The notes below the pieces were generated by a model. It ran no database searches and was not told the origin of the DNA. It saw nothing but the letters and a program-made list of their open reading frames with translations. From the NCBI GenBank assembly GCA_030704615.1, contig CM060733.1, positions 28,520,001 through 28,584,000 on the forward strand: 64,000 nt of DNA. Reading direction: 5' to 3'. Numbering within the stretch: position 1 is the first letter of the stretch; each line of letters starts with the position of its first letter. Origin of the DNA: Takakia lepidozioides (taxonomy: Eukaryota; Plantae; Bryophyta). Of the stretch, positions 25,031 to 38,816 are shown piece after piece. Made by a program: the position numbers and the translations under genes.

Positions 25031-26329
25031 TAAAGAGGGAGAGAGAGGGAAGATACTATGTCTTGTCGGGACATGGACAAGATCAAACAAGGTCTTTGTC
25101 AAATTAACGACAAATCAGCCTCATAACAAGGCATTATCAATCATCCTTCATTCAAAAACCAGTCTTAAAAAGGCATACGTCTGATTTCAAAGTAAATGAA
25201 ATGAATGGGTGGGGGGGTGGGATTACATAAAGAACCCCCCTATATAAATCAGCTTTATATTCAGCAAAACAGGGACCCAAACAAGTGTTACATGTTTGGG
25301 TATGTTTCATATGGAATATTTATAACTGTGCATAGCAAGAATAAGTGTTCAGCTTGCCAAAATTGCCACCCTTGATTACATTGAAAGCCTGGAAAAGAAG
25401 TTCCAGCTTTGTTTTGCTTAACACCTTCACCATATCATTTCTAAGCAAATTACACACTAGGGTATAACCAGATACCTTGTTTTTTGTCCCATGACCTGGT
25501 TTACCTAGGTCTGGGGCTAGTGTATAAATGCATTAACAAGGTGTTGAATAGCAAGCAAGTATTCAGATTGCTACAATTACCACCAATGTCTACATTGCAC
25601 CTTGGAAAAAGAATTCCAATCTGTTTTGATAACACAAACACCATATCAAAACTGCAGATATTTTTCTAATCAGTTTACCATCATAGAGTAGTATCACAGG
25701 GTCTGAATTGTTCATTCCAACAGGCTAGTAAGCTGCCATGGCATATTTATCCTAAGGCAACATGAACACTGGGCCTGAATCAACTTCTTAACACCATGGA
25801 CATTGTCCATTAAAAAAACCAAGCATCCAGGGGCTTGTAACCAAAGACATTATCTGGTCAAAGAAGAGCCACCCTACAATTTTGCATGGCACCAAATGTC
25901 CTAAAACAGCCTGCTTGTAACAGAATCCAGGCTTTCCAAGGTTTACAATAAAGGACATCCCCACTTTGCTGCTTGGTACTAAATATCTTAAAACAGCCAG
26001 CTCGTCATATAATTGCTCCGGTGTCACAACAGAAGGCCACAGGGAACAAGAGAGAAATATCCTAATGAATCGTTGTCCACCATAGAAGGTTAAGAACAAA
26101 GGCCCGAAAGATCAATGCAAAGAGGCAGAAAGAGGTCTTCTCCCCCAAAGATACAGAAGTGGCGGCGTTGCATCAGTAGCTCGATTTCATTCAACTTCAA
26201 GCTCAAAGAATCATATTAAGTGAGGACCCTCACCTAGTCCCATCACAAGCCCCCACAAAAATCAACATGTTAGTAAGGATTGTGGAACCCCAGGTGAATC
26301 ACAGGTCTCACGTCACCTTGTTTTCCAGA

Positions 26330-27140
26330 TTCGTATTGATTTGACAAATGATACGCCAATTTTTCGAAGGCCTTACAGGTATAGTGACATGGAGAGGACT
26401 TTGATCCAGTTACGGACTATGGAATTGTTCGAAGCTGGATTGGTGGAGTTGTCAGGCGGGGAGTATGCCTCGGCAACGGTGATGCCACCTAAGAATGATA
26501 TCTATGGCAATTGGACATAAAGAAGGATGTGTGAGGACTATCGTCCTGTGAACCGTCAGACTAAGTCCGATAGATATGTCATGCCAACTCCAGAGGAAAT
26601 CTTTGATGCCATTGGGCATGCGAAGGTGTTTAGCACATTGGACTTGCGATCCGGTTACCACCAATTGCCAATCAAAGAGGCTGACAAGCAAAAGACGGCA
26701 TTCTGGGGGATTGACCAATATGGGAAGGATTGTTTGTACCAATGGTGGTTCCTACCGTTTGGGTTGAAGAATGCTCCTGCAGAGTTTCAGAGGGTTATGG
26801 ATAGGATTCTCGCGCGGCTAGATTTTGCCCGGTGCTACATTGACGACATCAAAGTCTTTAGTGCTATAATTGAGGGCATGAGAAATACCTTTCAGGTGGT
26901 ATTTGAGCGCTTGAGAGCGCACGGGTTGAAATTGTACCCTAGGAAGTGCAAGTTCTTTCATAGCCATATTGAGTATCTGGGCCACATGATATATCCTGGA
27001 GGATTAGGTGTTCAAAAGACGAAAGTGGAGGCCATTGCACGCAATCCACACCCCATAGATGTTAGCAGAGTTCGTGCTTTCATGGGGTTGGCAAACTACT
27101 ATCGATGGTTTGTCAAATGATTTAGCAGCATTGCAAAGTA
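26330..27140 (+). mobile_element. Ty3/Gypsy reverse transcriptase relic
   Basis: TPIFRRPYR, MCEDYRPVN, FSTLDLRSGYHQ, PFGLKNAPAEFQRVMD, YIDD, KCKFF, YLGH and RAFMGLANYYR. Internal stops. Confidence 0.95.
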
Positions 27141-27814
27141 CCAAGTTGACCAAGGTGGGTCCATTCATTCCACAGCTTCACTCAGATCTCTCTACACAGT
27201 GTGATTGTATCGTATAAGTATCAGATTATGATTTATCAGGTATCAGGCCGAAGCCATTGTGTCTCTAATCTCAACTATAATATCACTACAGCTTTTCATA
27301 TAACAAGCATCTACTAATCATCTCTCCTCCTTCACCGTGCTCTCCATGCTTGCTTCCGTTCTTGCTCTCCGCCTGATCCCCTCTCATCCATGACCAAGAA
27401 GTCCTCCCCCTGGAGTGCTTCCAAGGATAATCCCCCTTCTCAGTCCTTGCTTCTCCCTTTATCTTCCTATCCGTGGCTCTAACCGTTTCCCTCACTAACC
27501 GTCGTCTGTGAACTAACAAGGAACCGCCGCATACGTCGCCTCTCTCCTCCGGTGACAATGGGTCCAATGTCAGGCTCCCAATTGTCCTCCGTAACTGCAA
27601 CCTTAAGTCCAGTGGGCTTAGAGGTAGAGGACGTGTCCCGTGGTTGCTATGCTGCAACCTCTTGAGCAGTACTCCCTTCCTGCTCAGTCAATGACAAGGC
27701 CTTCATGAGTGTTGATTCTGGAGGGTCGAGATGGCATGATATGGAAGGACCATGTGCGCAATTATGCGCCATGTCACCTTCCCCATGTGGATGGGATGAT
27801 AGATCCCAACCTTG

Positions 27815-27962
27815 TAGTGTTACCTGCAGGATTGCGTTGCATGCTAGTGGTGCCGCAACCATGTTGGTGTGTGACAAATGCTTAAGGGGGTGGCATATGG
27901 GATGCTTGACACCGCCACTTGAGGAGGTAGCGAATTAAGAATGGTTGTGTTTACGATGCTTT
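27815..27962 (+). pseudogene. PHD finger remnant, probably the C-terminus of the Gypsy polyprotein
   Basis: C..C...MLVCDKCLRGWHMGCLTPPLEEVAN*EWLCLRC fits the C4HC3 PHD pattern. It is followed by a PPT-like tract (aggggggcgat, 28222-28232) and a candidate LTR start TG at 28233. Confidence 0.75.
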
Positions 27963-28307
27963 GGCCATAGGTAATGGGCATGACAATGGTATAGTTGACA
28001 AGTGATCCAAGGTCTAGCTGGTGGGAGCTCAACGCCATGGATACTCAATTGAAGATCATGGATTGCATGCAGACGACTAACGATGGGGCTCTCGTTGCAC
28101 CCGACCTCTTGATCCATATACTTTAGAAAATTGGAAGATGTGCGATTGAAGACCAAACGATGATCTTATTGAAATGGATACTTGTCAGCTATCCGGTGTT
28201 AGAGGGACCTAATCGCCAGCTAGGGGGGCGATTGTGGCATAGTTTTCTAGGATTGTGTGCTTAGAATGTATGGTAGACAGTGATGTATGTTGTGGCACGA
28301 TGCTTAG

Positions 28308-29240
28308 GTGCACGACAGACTTCTCTATGTACCTCCAGGACCTACACGACTTCGAATTCTTCAAACATGTCATAATCCTCCGGCTGTAGGACATTTCAGC
28401 TTCAACAAAACAATGGAATTGATATCCAGGAACTATTGGTGGCCGCAGATGTGGAAACTCATGAAAGAATTTATAAAATCTTGTAACAAGTGTGCTAGGG
28501 CGAAGGGACCACGACATCGACCTTAAGGCCTTCTTCAACCATTACCCATTCCCAATGGTCCATGGTCGTCCTTGTCTATGGACTTTATTACGGACCTTCC
28601 AATTTCCAAGACCACCGACTCAATCCTTGTTATTGTGGATCGTTTTACGAAGATGACACATTTCATTCCATATAATAAGATGGTTACAAGCGAAGAAACT
28701 GCAAGACTCTTCCTCAATTATATCTACCGCATTCATGGACTCTCGAACAACATCATATCTGATCGAGGACCACAGTTCATATTTAATTTCTGGAGGGGAT
28801 TATTTCACATATTGAATATTAAGATCAACCTCTCTACAACTAATCATCCACAGATTGATGGTCAAACCGAATGCGTAAACCAGATTTTGAGCAGTATCTT
28901 CGTTATACGATAAATTATCGTCAAGGTAATTGGACAGACCTTTTGCCCTTGGCTGAGTTTGCCTACAATAACACTATACATTCTTCGACCAAGCAAACTC
29001 AATTTTTCTTCAATTATGGTCATCATCCTCGAGCAAACCCTTTCCACATGAAGACAGTCGGAAGCCCTGCTGCAGAAAATCTTACTACTCATCTTGCTAC
29101 GATTCACAATGAGCTTACATTCCACCTAACAGAAGCTCAAAAACAATACGAGGAGTATGCAGATCAACATCGACAACTTCAACCTTAGTTCAAGGTCGGA
29201 GATCGTGTGTGGTTTCTTCGACAGGACATACAAACCTCGC
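28308..29240 (+). mobile_element. Chromovirus (Tcn1-like) Gypsy integrase relic
   Basis: HHCC region CHNPPAVGH..CNKC. Motifs [50 protein letters not shown] and FKVGDRVW. Confidence 0.93.
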
Positions 29241-29299
29241 GACTCTATGCTGCCAATACAAGATGCAAGAGTGCTGGAAGTGTAACTATATATAGTGAT

Positions 29300-29680
29300 A
29301 TGTGGTGTTCATCCCTCCTTATTGTGTAGCAGGTACACTGAATGTGGAGTCTTCACCTTGAAGCTAACTTGGCTGGCAATCTTATTGACCTGTAGCTCGG
29401 GGCTTAGCTGGCGTTGATGAAACTTTTGCACAAGGTCAGATACATTGGTGAGGTTGGATGAAAGTTCACACGTTCGTTCGTTGATGTCGTAGCCTTTTCA
29501 ATGTACGAAATACTCAAGACGTTTATACTTGATGCGAGAGTTTAGGACTTCGTCGACTTTATACTCGATTTCCTGATTGACTTCGATTGGTGGAGGTGAT
29601 ATGGAACTCTCCTTGGAATATTCGATGGATGATACAACTCCAATAATGAAACATGAAAGACTAGATGGATGCCCATACTT
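29300..29680 (-). mobile_element. Inverted chromovirus 3' end: IHLVFHVSLL, chromodomain and PPT-like tract
   Basis: Minus strand reads MGIHLVFHVSLLE.., then PPPIEVNQEIEYKVDEVLNSRIKYKRLEYFVH*KGYDINERTCELSSNL..VQKFH. A purine-rich aggagggatg at ~29310-29319 follows on the same strand. Confidence 0.85.
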
Positions 29681-30210
29681 GGAGCTGTCGCTTATCCAAC
29701 TACCAGATGACGGTGTGTCTCATTTTGGTCCACCGTAGGCTGCAACTACCCGTATTTCCTTTATTCGGCTTTTGGGTGGCACATAGAAGACAAGTGGCTA
29801 ACCGCGTGTGGCTCCTCCCTGAATTATCTACCGTAATCCATAATAGACTTCAAATTTCATCCATTTATTCCTTAAAATTTGTCAATAAGGGAGATGTTAC
29901 CTGAGGGAGGTGTTACCTGGAGGCACTTCATGAAGTAATTTTCAACAAAGGAGATGAGGTGACACCTGGTAAAGACACAACATGGGCTTAGTGATTTTTG
30001 ACACTGATGCGTGGTCTTCTCTTTAGAATTATGTAAGTTTTATATGTAATGCCACGAGCAAAGATAAATCATGTTAATGGCCCAAAACATAAATTTATAT
30101 CGTCTCTTGTAAGATTATGGACTAAACCCCCAACCTCCTAAAGTCTAAAATGAACTACCTATTTCAAATTCAAACTATTTAGCTTTAAAAGCTAGTTGTA
30201 CTATAGGTAC

Positions 30211-30236
30211 TATATATATATATATATATATATATA
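30211..30236. repeat. (TA)13 microsatellite
   Basis: Read directly from the sequence. Confidence 0.95.
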
Positions 30237-31789
30237 ACGTCAGCCGGAGCTAGCGTACTTCCCCCTTTCGGGAGAGGGCTCTATCAAAACCAGAACCAGT
30301 TACGTAGGGGCAAGCTGGCCACTTTCAATTGTTTTTTTGTTGAGGATTAAGGCTGTAAGTGAGGTGATAGCTGTGAAGTGTAGGGTGCGTAGGAGTGGGG
30401 TGGTGTGTTTTAACGAAAGTTTGAGGTTTTCGTTGAGAGTTTGAGTGTTGTGGCAATGTGCTCCCCTTGTGATACCAACAGTAATGATAGTCAAAAGGAC
30501 TGTGCTCCATCCATGTTGACTTAAATGAGCGTTTTTTTCGTTTATACATAATTGATTGGTTCAAATATCTATCATTACAAAGTGTAAATTCTATTATATG
30601 AATGGTGAGGGAGACGTGTGGACATGTTGGCATTGTTGATGAAAGATGTAGCTCATGGATAAGTAAAATATCAGGCCATAGCCTTGCTAGACACCGACAT
30701 GGGATATAGAGACATGTGCAGGTGTACAAGCCATGGAGGTATTGATTGGTCCAATGGCCTACCTTGAAACGTGCCTACATTGATGAGGTTGAACCATTTG
30801 GATTTACAAAAGGAACCTATAAAGTTTTTGAAGGTGCCAAACTCCTTGGTTACGACAAGTTATATATAGTCCATGGAGTATATGGTGCTTACAATGGAGA
30901 AACAGGCGTGGCCGTGTGTTTACTTGGGGGCTGTGCATGGCATAACGTACAATGTTTGTTAGGGTATAAGGTATCCTGCCCTATGACCATTAGGACCTCT
31001 AAGTCGACCGTCATCTAGGGAACGCGCTCTTTAAGTCGTTCCCTAGGTCCATGCATGAGAACCAATGAATGTACGAAAAAGGGTGTGATGTCGTAAGCGA
31101 TGAGCAAGAAAAGTGATTTAACTACTTCGAGATGTGCCATAGAAAGCATCGCGCTGCGCCATTACATTCTAGAGTTGGTCTTAGAGCAAGCACAACTAAT
31201 ATCATATCACCCAATGCCATTTTATCTTAAGGGTAGACAGAATGGTGCAAAGAGTGTGTTGTAGTAGGTGCAGTAGTCTCGAATGAGGATGAACGACGTG
31301 TAGTTTTTCAGCGTTGCAACAAGGAGAGAGCGATGTGATAAGTAGACCTTGACCATCAAAATGTATTTACGGAGTAGATGAAATGATCATTTTGTAGGCT
31401 GTTGCAGGGGACAACAGAGAATAATTCCCAAATTGTCTACCAACATAGGGTACTAACCCTATCACCTTCTATGTAGTGCTGCAAAACAAAGACTGGAAAG
31501 TTCTTGACCCTACGAGGTCAACTGAAGACCATTTGCAGCTTACCACATAACTAAGAGCAAACACATTATGGACTGGTCTTTCCCTCCATACAAATATGTG
31601 AGCTTAGATGCTGAAAATGATTCTCATGATGAAGAGAACAGTGAAGGTTTACCTTTTCAATGGGCTTAGTCCCCAAATCCATATCTTACTCCACTATTTG
31701 ACATCACTAATTTGCTTCAACCATCTTCACATCCTTCTATTTCTAAGCAAACACCACCACAAGGGTCTCAATGTCCTTCACATCAGCCA

Positions 31790-33915
31790 AGAGCTAGAGT
31801 AGCCTATCCTCCACCCTCAAACAATACTAGAGGTGCAAGGAACAAGGGTACTAAGAGAGGAGGATGGTTAGATGCAAACTTAGAGGTAGCCATAGACGCA
31901 ATCGATGATGGAATGCCTATTAGTATTGCTGCCCGCCATTGGTGCATTCCAATAACATCTTTGCGAGACCATTACTATGGGAAAACAACCAACCGCAAGA
32001 CTGGGTCTGCCACAATATTGTCACAAGAAGAAGAGAAGCAAGAGTGTGGACATGGGCTCACAATTGCACAACTGAAATTCAAAGTAGCAGAGATAACTCA
32101 AGAACGACCTACCCCATTCACGAATGTCATACCGGGGAACAATTGGTGGAGGTGGTTCAAACGACGCTGGTATCCAAATGTCACTTTGCGATCAGCACAG
32201 GGTCTGGAGATTGGTAGAGCAAAGACACTTAACCCTAACAATTGCAAAAGTTTTTATGACAACCTCAAAAAATTGTATGATGAGCAGAAATACCCCCCTT
32301 CCCACATTTGGTCAAATTGTGACGAAACGGGGCTGCAAGTTGGCCGGACCTGTAATGTGAGAGTGTTAGCCAAACATGGTGTTCGTAGTGTGTATGGAAT
32401 CATACCAAAGGCAATAGAATGGATGTCTATTTTGGTATGTGTGAATGCAGCAAGACATTCCATCCCCAACTTCTATATCTTTCGAGAAAGAAAATGAATG
32501 AAAAATTATATAGCCAAGTGTGAATCAAGAGCTATAATGGGCATGCAAGACAAGGCACGGATAAAAAGTATTTGTTTACTGCATGGCTCACACATTTTGC
32601 AAAAAATGTGCATGGAGGCATTTCCACAAATCAGTGACATCTCCTCATTCTCGATGGTCATGGATTCCCTGTTGGAAATGAAGCTGTTCTCAAAGCACAA
32701 AGTATGGGAATTGACCTTCTCACCTTGCCCTCGCATACAAGTCATGCATTCCAACCTTTGGATGTGACATGTTTCAAGCCCTTCAAAGTGGGCATTCAGA
32801 CATGTTCGAGACAAATCAGGGTTGATTCACAACCATCGAAATCCGGAGAAAGAAAGATCCGGCTGAATGGGCATCAATCGCATTAGAATCAGCCTTGACC
32901 TACACAAACATCACCAAGGAATTTCAAGCAACTGGAATTTGGCCATTGAATTCAAGACCTATGGAGGGAAAGTACGCGCGACGCCCATTCTTCCATTTTC
33001 CATCAAGAAAGTGGATCATAACAAGAGACGACAGCGAGGAGAGTGAGAAGGAGGACGAATAGAATGATTCATACGCACAAGCACATGAAACAACACATAT
33101 TCACTTGGAGGACATGGAGAATAATCACACACAAGACAATGCAGAGTGTGACAACCAATACTTTGTCAATGAGGTTCATGATGGGGATAATCACTATATG
33201 CAAGTACAACCAGCACAATATCTTAATGTCGATGAGGGAGAAAGAGGTGATATTTCAAGATATTTACCTCTGCCCCGAGTCTCATTACCGGCAGAAAAGA
33301 ATGACAATGATCCCATCATCGAATACTCTAAATCGTTGATCATGACTTCGGAAGAATACAATGCAAGCCCCTTGAGGAGAAGACCAAGAGAAAGGAAGTG
33401 GCGGACAAAGAGCGTGAAAGAAAAAAGAACGAAAATGAAAAGCGGAAATCTGCACTTGCAAAAGAGAAAGGGCAAAGAAACTTATCCAGGAGCAAAAGGC
33501 CAAAGACATGGCAGCCAAAAGGACTTTTGATGAATTCTGGTCTGAAAAAAACTGCAGGGCCATTAGTGAGAGACTTCATGTTGCCATCAAAGAAAGCAGG
33601 CCACTTGATCCCGAAGGCTACATAGCACGATATTGTGGCCAAGCACCACAATGGTCTCGGGATAATCAAAAGACTGCACTCGAACGGAGAAAACTTCAAA
33701 GGGAGGGTGCTGATCCTTCAACCTTGCCACTGTTGAAAGAGCCACCAACACGATGCACAACAAGTACCGTGCAACGAGAATTCACTTCAACTTCAACATC
33801 AAGGGTGCCAGTGGTATTGCCTACGCACTCAACAATTTGCTGCCCTACTGCACGGAGACAATTACCATTTCCAACATTTGACTTGGGAATTCCTTTGGAT
33901 TCACCTCAGCAGTAA
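31790..33915 (+). pseudogene. pogo/Fot1-like (Tc1/mariner superfamily, DDE_1) transposase, degraded
   Basis: Psq-like HTH (AIDAIDDGMPISIAARHWCIPITSLRD), CENP-B-type HTH (PGNNWWRWFKRR), and motifs NCDETG, LILDGH and LPSHTSHAFQPLDV..FKPFK. Acidic and charged C-terminal tail. Frameshifts present, TIRs not identified. Confidence 0.88.
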
Positions 33916-34916
33916 TACAAATACAGCATTGTGACAGTTCAGAAGATAATTGGGTGCATCTATTTCACAGTTAGAAGATTGTTGTGGCATAATGGCTTTG
34001 CCTGCAGTATGTCCCCTGGTTATTTCCTTTAATGCTACCCTTACCCTTATGGTTGAGGAAAAAAATTGCTCACAGGTGTTCATAAGCCCCATGTGCTTCA
34101 ACGGATTAGCAGTCGTCTCCTTGTAGTACGAATCCAGCCTTTCTCATGGAGAAAACATGGTATGATTATGAAGAGCAAGACCTTCTATGGTTTGGCCTTC
34201 CATGCACTAGGTTTGATTTATGGCACAATTTGTCCACATCTTTTTGTTTATTAGGAGATTGTCTCCTAGTTAAAATTTACAGAATTATATTGCAGCAATA
34301 TATTGTGAAAATTCTCCAGAGCAAACCTTATAGACATGTAAGTAGGAATAGAGACTACATTTGTAAAAAGAGGTTGACAAACAACATGCACTAAAGATTT
34401 CACGAGTCCCCAGTAATCAACTAGTATTAAGTGTGCTATATTACATGAGTGTCTCCGTGTGAAAACATGGGTGATAAGCATAAGAAAGTAGTGGATTCCA
34501 AAAGTGCACCAAACATCAAGCTTCGTATTAATACTCTGGGAGCTGCCTCTAGTCCAGCTGTACACACATGAAGAATGTTGAGCCAATAAGTTCATACACA
34601 CATGTCCACTGATGTCCCCTAAGAAATTCCAAGCAGCCCAAGTTGCTGGGTTTTTGGCATCCGTTTCGTATCCCGATGCACATACATATCACTGCTACCA
34701 CCCAAAGCAAGACGCACTGTACAGTAAGATAGAAGATAACTTAAGCTTAAACTTAAGTTGCAAAAGATGAATCTTCCTTGCTTTCTCAATGTAGCGGGCG
34801 AGACGACGGAGAGGGAGAGACGACGATGGAGCAGGACGACGATGGAGCAGAAAGACAATGAGCATAGGATGTCCGTTGTCAAGTATCAGAGGAGATGCTG
34901 GCACACACTTAACTTA

Positions 34917-35334
34917 GGGCGCTACCACATTAGTGGCAAAAGGGGCAGCGGCACTCACTTTCGGACCCTCAGGTATTGGTTTAAGGGAGGGCAGTGTGCC
35001 GCTCTACCTACCACACTAGTGGCTGCTGCCGGCGGAGAGGCATTGTTATGGCCCCTACACGTCACATTACCGTGAAATACGGATTTCCAGGCAGTGTCCC
35101 CTGGAAATCCACAATTTTAGAAGACATCTTGTCGTAACGTGATTATCGCGAAGTTGATCTCTCCGACCGTGTCGTGCGATGGTCTCTCCCACCGATTTTT
35201 TTACCGCTGGGCTTCTGCTATAGTGTGGTAGCCGATTCATTGCCGCTTGTGACATGGACCTATATCATCCAACAATCCCTAGCTTGCAATGTCCACGTCA
35301 GTGCCGTTGGTGTGCCGCTAGTGTGGTACGACCT
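34917..35334. mobile_element. Candidate Tourist-like MITE
   Basis: TTA on both flanks (34914-34916, 35335-35337). Imperfect 22-bp TIRs (16/22) gggcgctaccacattagtggca / tgccgctagtgtggtacgacct, with internal copies of the taccacactag motif. Confidence 0.5.
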
Positions 35335-38300
35335 TTAAACGTGTCTCTTACGGGGAAGCAGAGTTGCACAATAATAACATTTAGTAGTGGTTGAATATTC
35401 AATTAACACATTCAATAGTTAGTTTTGACTTGGTGTACAGAAACTAAAACCTCGCTCTCAAACAACATAGCAGCTATGGTAAATTTGATACTTTGACTTT
35501 AGTGAAAAAAGAATAGTCATTGTATTAATACAACAAATGTCAAACCGTTTATGAGTCACATTTCTGAGATTGGATTCCATTTAAGAGCAGACTTGAGCTT
35601 CTACCGTCGGTCATAGGGCATGATACCTAATAAAGGCTGGTACTTTGTATCACCACCTACTTCTAATCTTAAGGTCCAAGCTACTTTTAGAGTTAAGGTA
35701 CTTATAGTCCCAAGCGAATGCAAAGTCCTTGCCTTAAGGCATGGCCCAACAAATGGCATGGTACATGTTGGCTCTGCCCTTCATCATCTCATAGTAAGGT
35801 TTATGTTCCAAATAATGGTGTCAATCTTACAATCCTAACAATTTCGGATCCATCTAACCCATCCGTCCCAGTCAATGTTTCAATACTCTATGTTCAAGTA
35901 AAGAATGCAAAGATTAATTCTGTTATTGCCATCCACATGTCACTGATTTTCACTTAAAAAAAAGAAAAAAGAAAGAAAACCAGGGTGTGTGGAGATGGGT
36001 GTGAGCATGAGGGATGTGGAGATGGCAGGGTGGTCCCACACATTCAAACTGGAGTAAGTAATACGCTGTGCAGAAGCTTGTTTTGGCGGCAAGCTGCTTC
36101 ACTGCATCCATTTACTAAATAAATAAATAATAAATAAATAAATGAAGTGCCCATTTGTTGGTGTCAATGACTACTCTGACCCAACTGAGTCCTACTGCCT
36201 ATGTATTATTTTAAAAACTTGATACAAAAAGTAACAAACTCTAACAAGCAAACATAAGTATTACATCCAACAGCTATAGTATATTTCATCGAACACCAAA
36301 ATCAATGTATTCCATCCAAAAGTAATCATCGAACAACATTGCCAGTCAGTCAAAAGCTGCCAGTCCCGTGACAAGTAAGGAAACCCATTGGGTAGACTCT
36401 CCCTCAGGGCAGGACCAAGTATCCCGCACCGCAGGACTGGGGAAGGGGGAATGCGGGTAGATGGATGAAACAGCTGCCTCTCATCATCTCTCTCTTGCTT
36501 TGTCAATGCCAGGAAGCTGCATTTTCTTGTTTGTCCTCACACGCGGATGTGTGTTTGACTTCTATCCATCCATCCATTGGATGGATGTTGACTCAACGTT
36601 AACTATGTGATCGAAACGTGTGTAGTTAGAGGTAATTTCGCCAATCCGAGAACGAGGGCGCGAAGTACGTATCCTCAGCTGAGAATACGGTATCCAATGG
36701 AGGGGTGGATACGCCATATGGGTAGGAGTAGCTAGTACCTACGTCGCCTTCTTGAGCGCCGTCTTCGTCTGTGCGCGTGGGGTTGGAGCGCGATCTGCGC
36801 CGCTGCTGTGCTGCACGACATTCCCCGACATTTCCTCCTGCGTACGGAAGGATTTGAGGTTGCTTGGTGAGTAGTAGTAGAAGAGGACAGATAACGAAGG
36901 GCATTCCGCTTTGACCAGCGCAACAGCTCCGATGAATGTGATTTCTTGAAGAAAGAAAAGAGAGAGAAAGAAGAGTGTTTGCGGAGGAGGTGGAAAATGG
37001 AAAATATACCGGGATTGAAGAAAGGTAGAGAAGAGTGTGGCATCATTGCAGCGCGATCGGATTGACAATCTTAGTGTATGTAAGTTTTGCTCTCAGCTGG
37101 GCTTGCCTTGGCTGTGGCGCCTGGCAACACTGTGTTTTGGTATTGATTTCAGATTCATTTCTTGGTAGACGGAAAACTCTGATCTTCGTTAGGTATGGGA
37201 GACGGAGGAGTCTGGCAATTGGACTAGGGGCGTATGCACGATTCCGGATTGCCTAAGCACCTCCTTGCATGCAGTGGATATTGGAATCGGAATCAGCATT
37301 ACGGTGAACAGGGAGATGTTATGTTATAGTGTACACAGACTTTCCAAGTGCACTGTGAGCTGACTCCCTGTCTACTCAAGTGTGGAGTACATTTTCTGAC
37401 AAGGAGGCCTATCATCCTGACTGCAGCAGTCCTCCAAGACGTTCAAAGGTAATATCTTCTGATGGATGTTAGAAAGGAGGCAAGAGGAAGAATGAGCGTC
37501 TAACCGAAAGGTGAAGAGGCAGAGGCAACATATGATCATTTATAGTTGTTAGTCCCTCGCAGGTGAGACAATAATCTTGTGAATGTGGTAGAGACCGGGA
37601 ATATGATTTAAGGATACGCTTACATTACAGGCATGGAACACAAATCAGATGGCCTTATTCTAGCTGGTAGACGTGTAACAGGTTGCGAAGAGAATCAAGC
37701 CTGGTCAACTAGATAGACACCTAGTTGCTGTAATGGAAGCTGCTGATACTTCCTTCTGGAGCTGCCACAGGAGGTTTGCAGAGTACTTTTCACAGCGGCT
37801 CAGGGTGAAGGGCCGAAAATGGGGCCAGCTTAACTGGAGAGCTGCCGGTTGCAGATTCATTGATAAGGAGATCTGAAATAAGACCTAGTGTTGTGTGAAT
37901 TCGGTAGGCATGCACGACTAAAGGCTGACACAGAAGAAAATGGAACCTATCTTACTTTAAGGCGCGGTAAATCAATTATTTTATTATGCAGCATGCCTGC
38001 ACAATAACCACACCCTGGACATTAGAGTTACCTGATCATCCCTGTAAAGACACAAATTGAAGTTCCCTGGTACTGTTTGCAGTGCATGTGAATTCGCCAA
38101 CGCTCCATAGATAGACTGCGAAATGGAGTTTGTGGACCACATACTTTGACTTAGTTGAAGCTTTTAACGAGTGTTAGCACTAATCAAGTTTGACAATGGC
38201 CTGTCTGTCACAACAAATCCATCACAAGGGGAAAAATGATTCAGTCTGTGAGTAGAAATCAGATGTCTAGTTCTTCACAGCCACAATGGACCAAGGTGTG

Positions 38301-38816
38301 TCAAACGGAGAAAAGAGAATACCTTCATAGTACCTTTTCTTGTTGTAGCTGTCATGGTCCTTGTCATCAGCTCTAGCTGGTCTCTTTCTCTTTGCCAAAA
38401 TTTCAGTAAGTAGCAACTGGACAGAGATCAAACAATGAAGCGTAAAAGGGAAGACTCTTAACATGAGGATGATTGGGGTTAGTTTTAGCTCAGTTGGTGC
38501 TGGGCCTCTCCAGTGCAGCTGTCCACCAAGTGGACATTTAACATTTCAGCAAGTCATGAAGAGAGATTATCAGAAGCCAGGGTTGAGATTAGTTGAGTTG
38601 TTTATGTAGGTAATAGTTGGACATCGGTAGTGTTTTGACCCCTTTGGTCAAATGGATCTGAGAGCGTAAGAGTTTGTGGCCACCTTTTAGTCACTCTGTG
38701 CCCCACCCCTGCATGAAAAAAAGAAACCAAAATGATTCCCTTCTGTCCTTGTTTCTTAGTCATGCACACATGTACTGGCTGCAGGAAGCTGGGTTGGGGC
38801 TTCTTTAAGGACCATC

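Noticed and set aside
25190-26160. Old LINE relic
   Set aside because: Only vague similarity, with no diagnostic motif I can support.
30237-30310. Left TIR of the pogo element (TA followed by ACGT)
   Set aside because: No matching inverted copy was found downstream of the transposase.
36626-37068. Minus-strand ORFs as a gene
   Set aside because: No recognisable motifs. The region more likely represents the promoter and 5' UTR of the PI-PLC gene.
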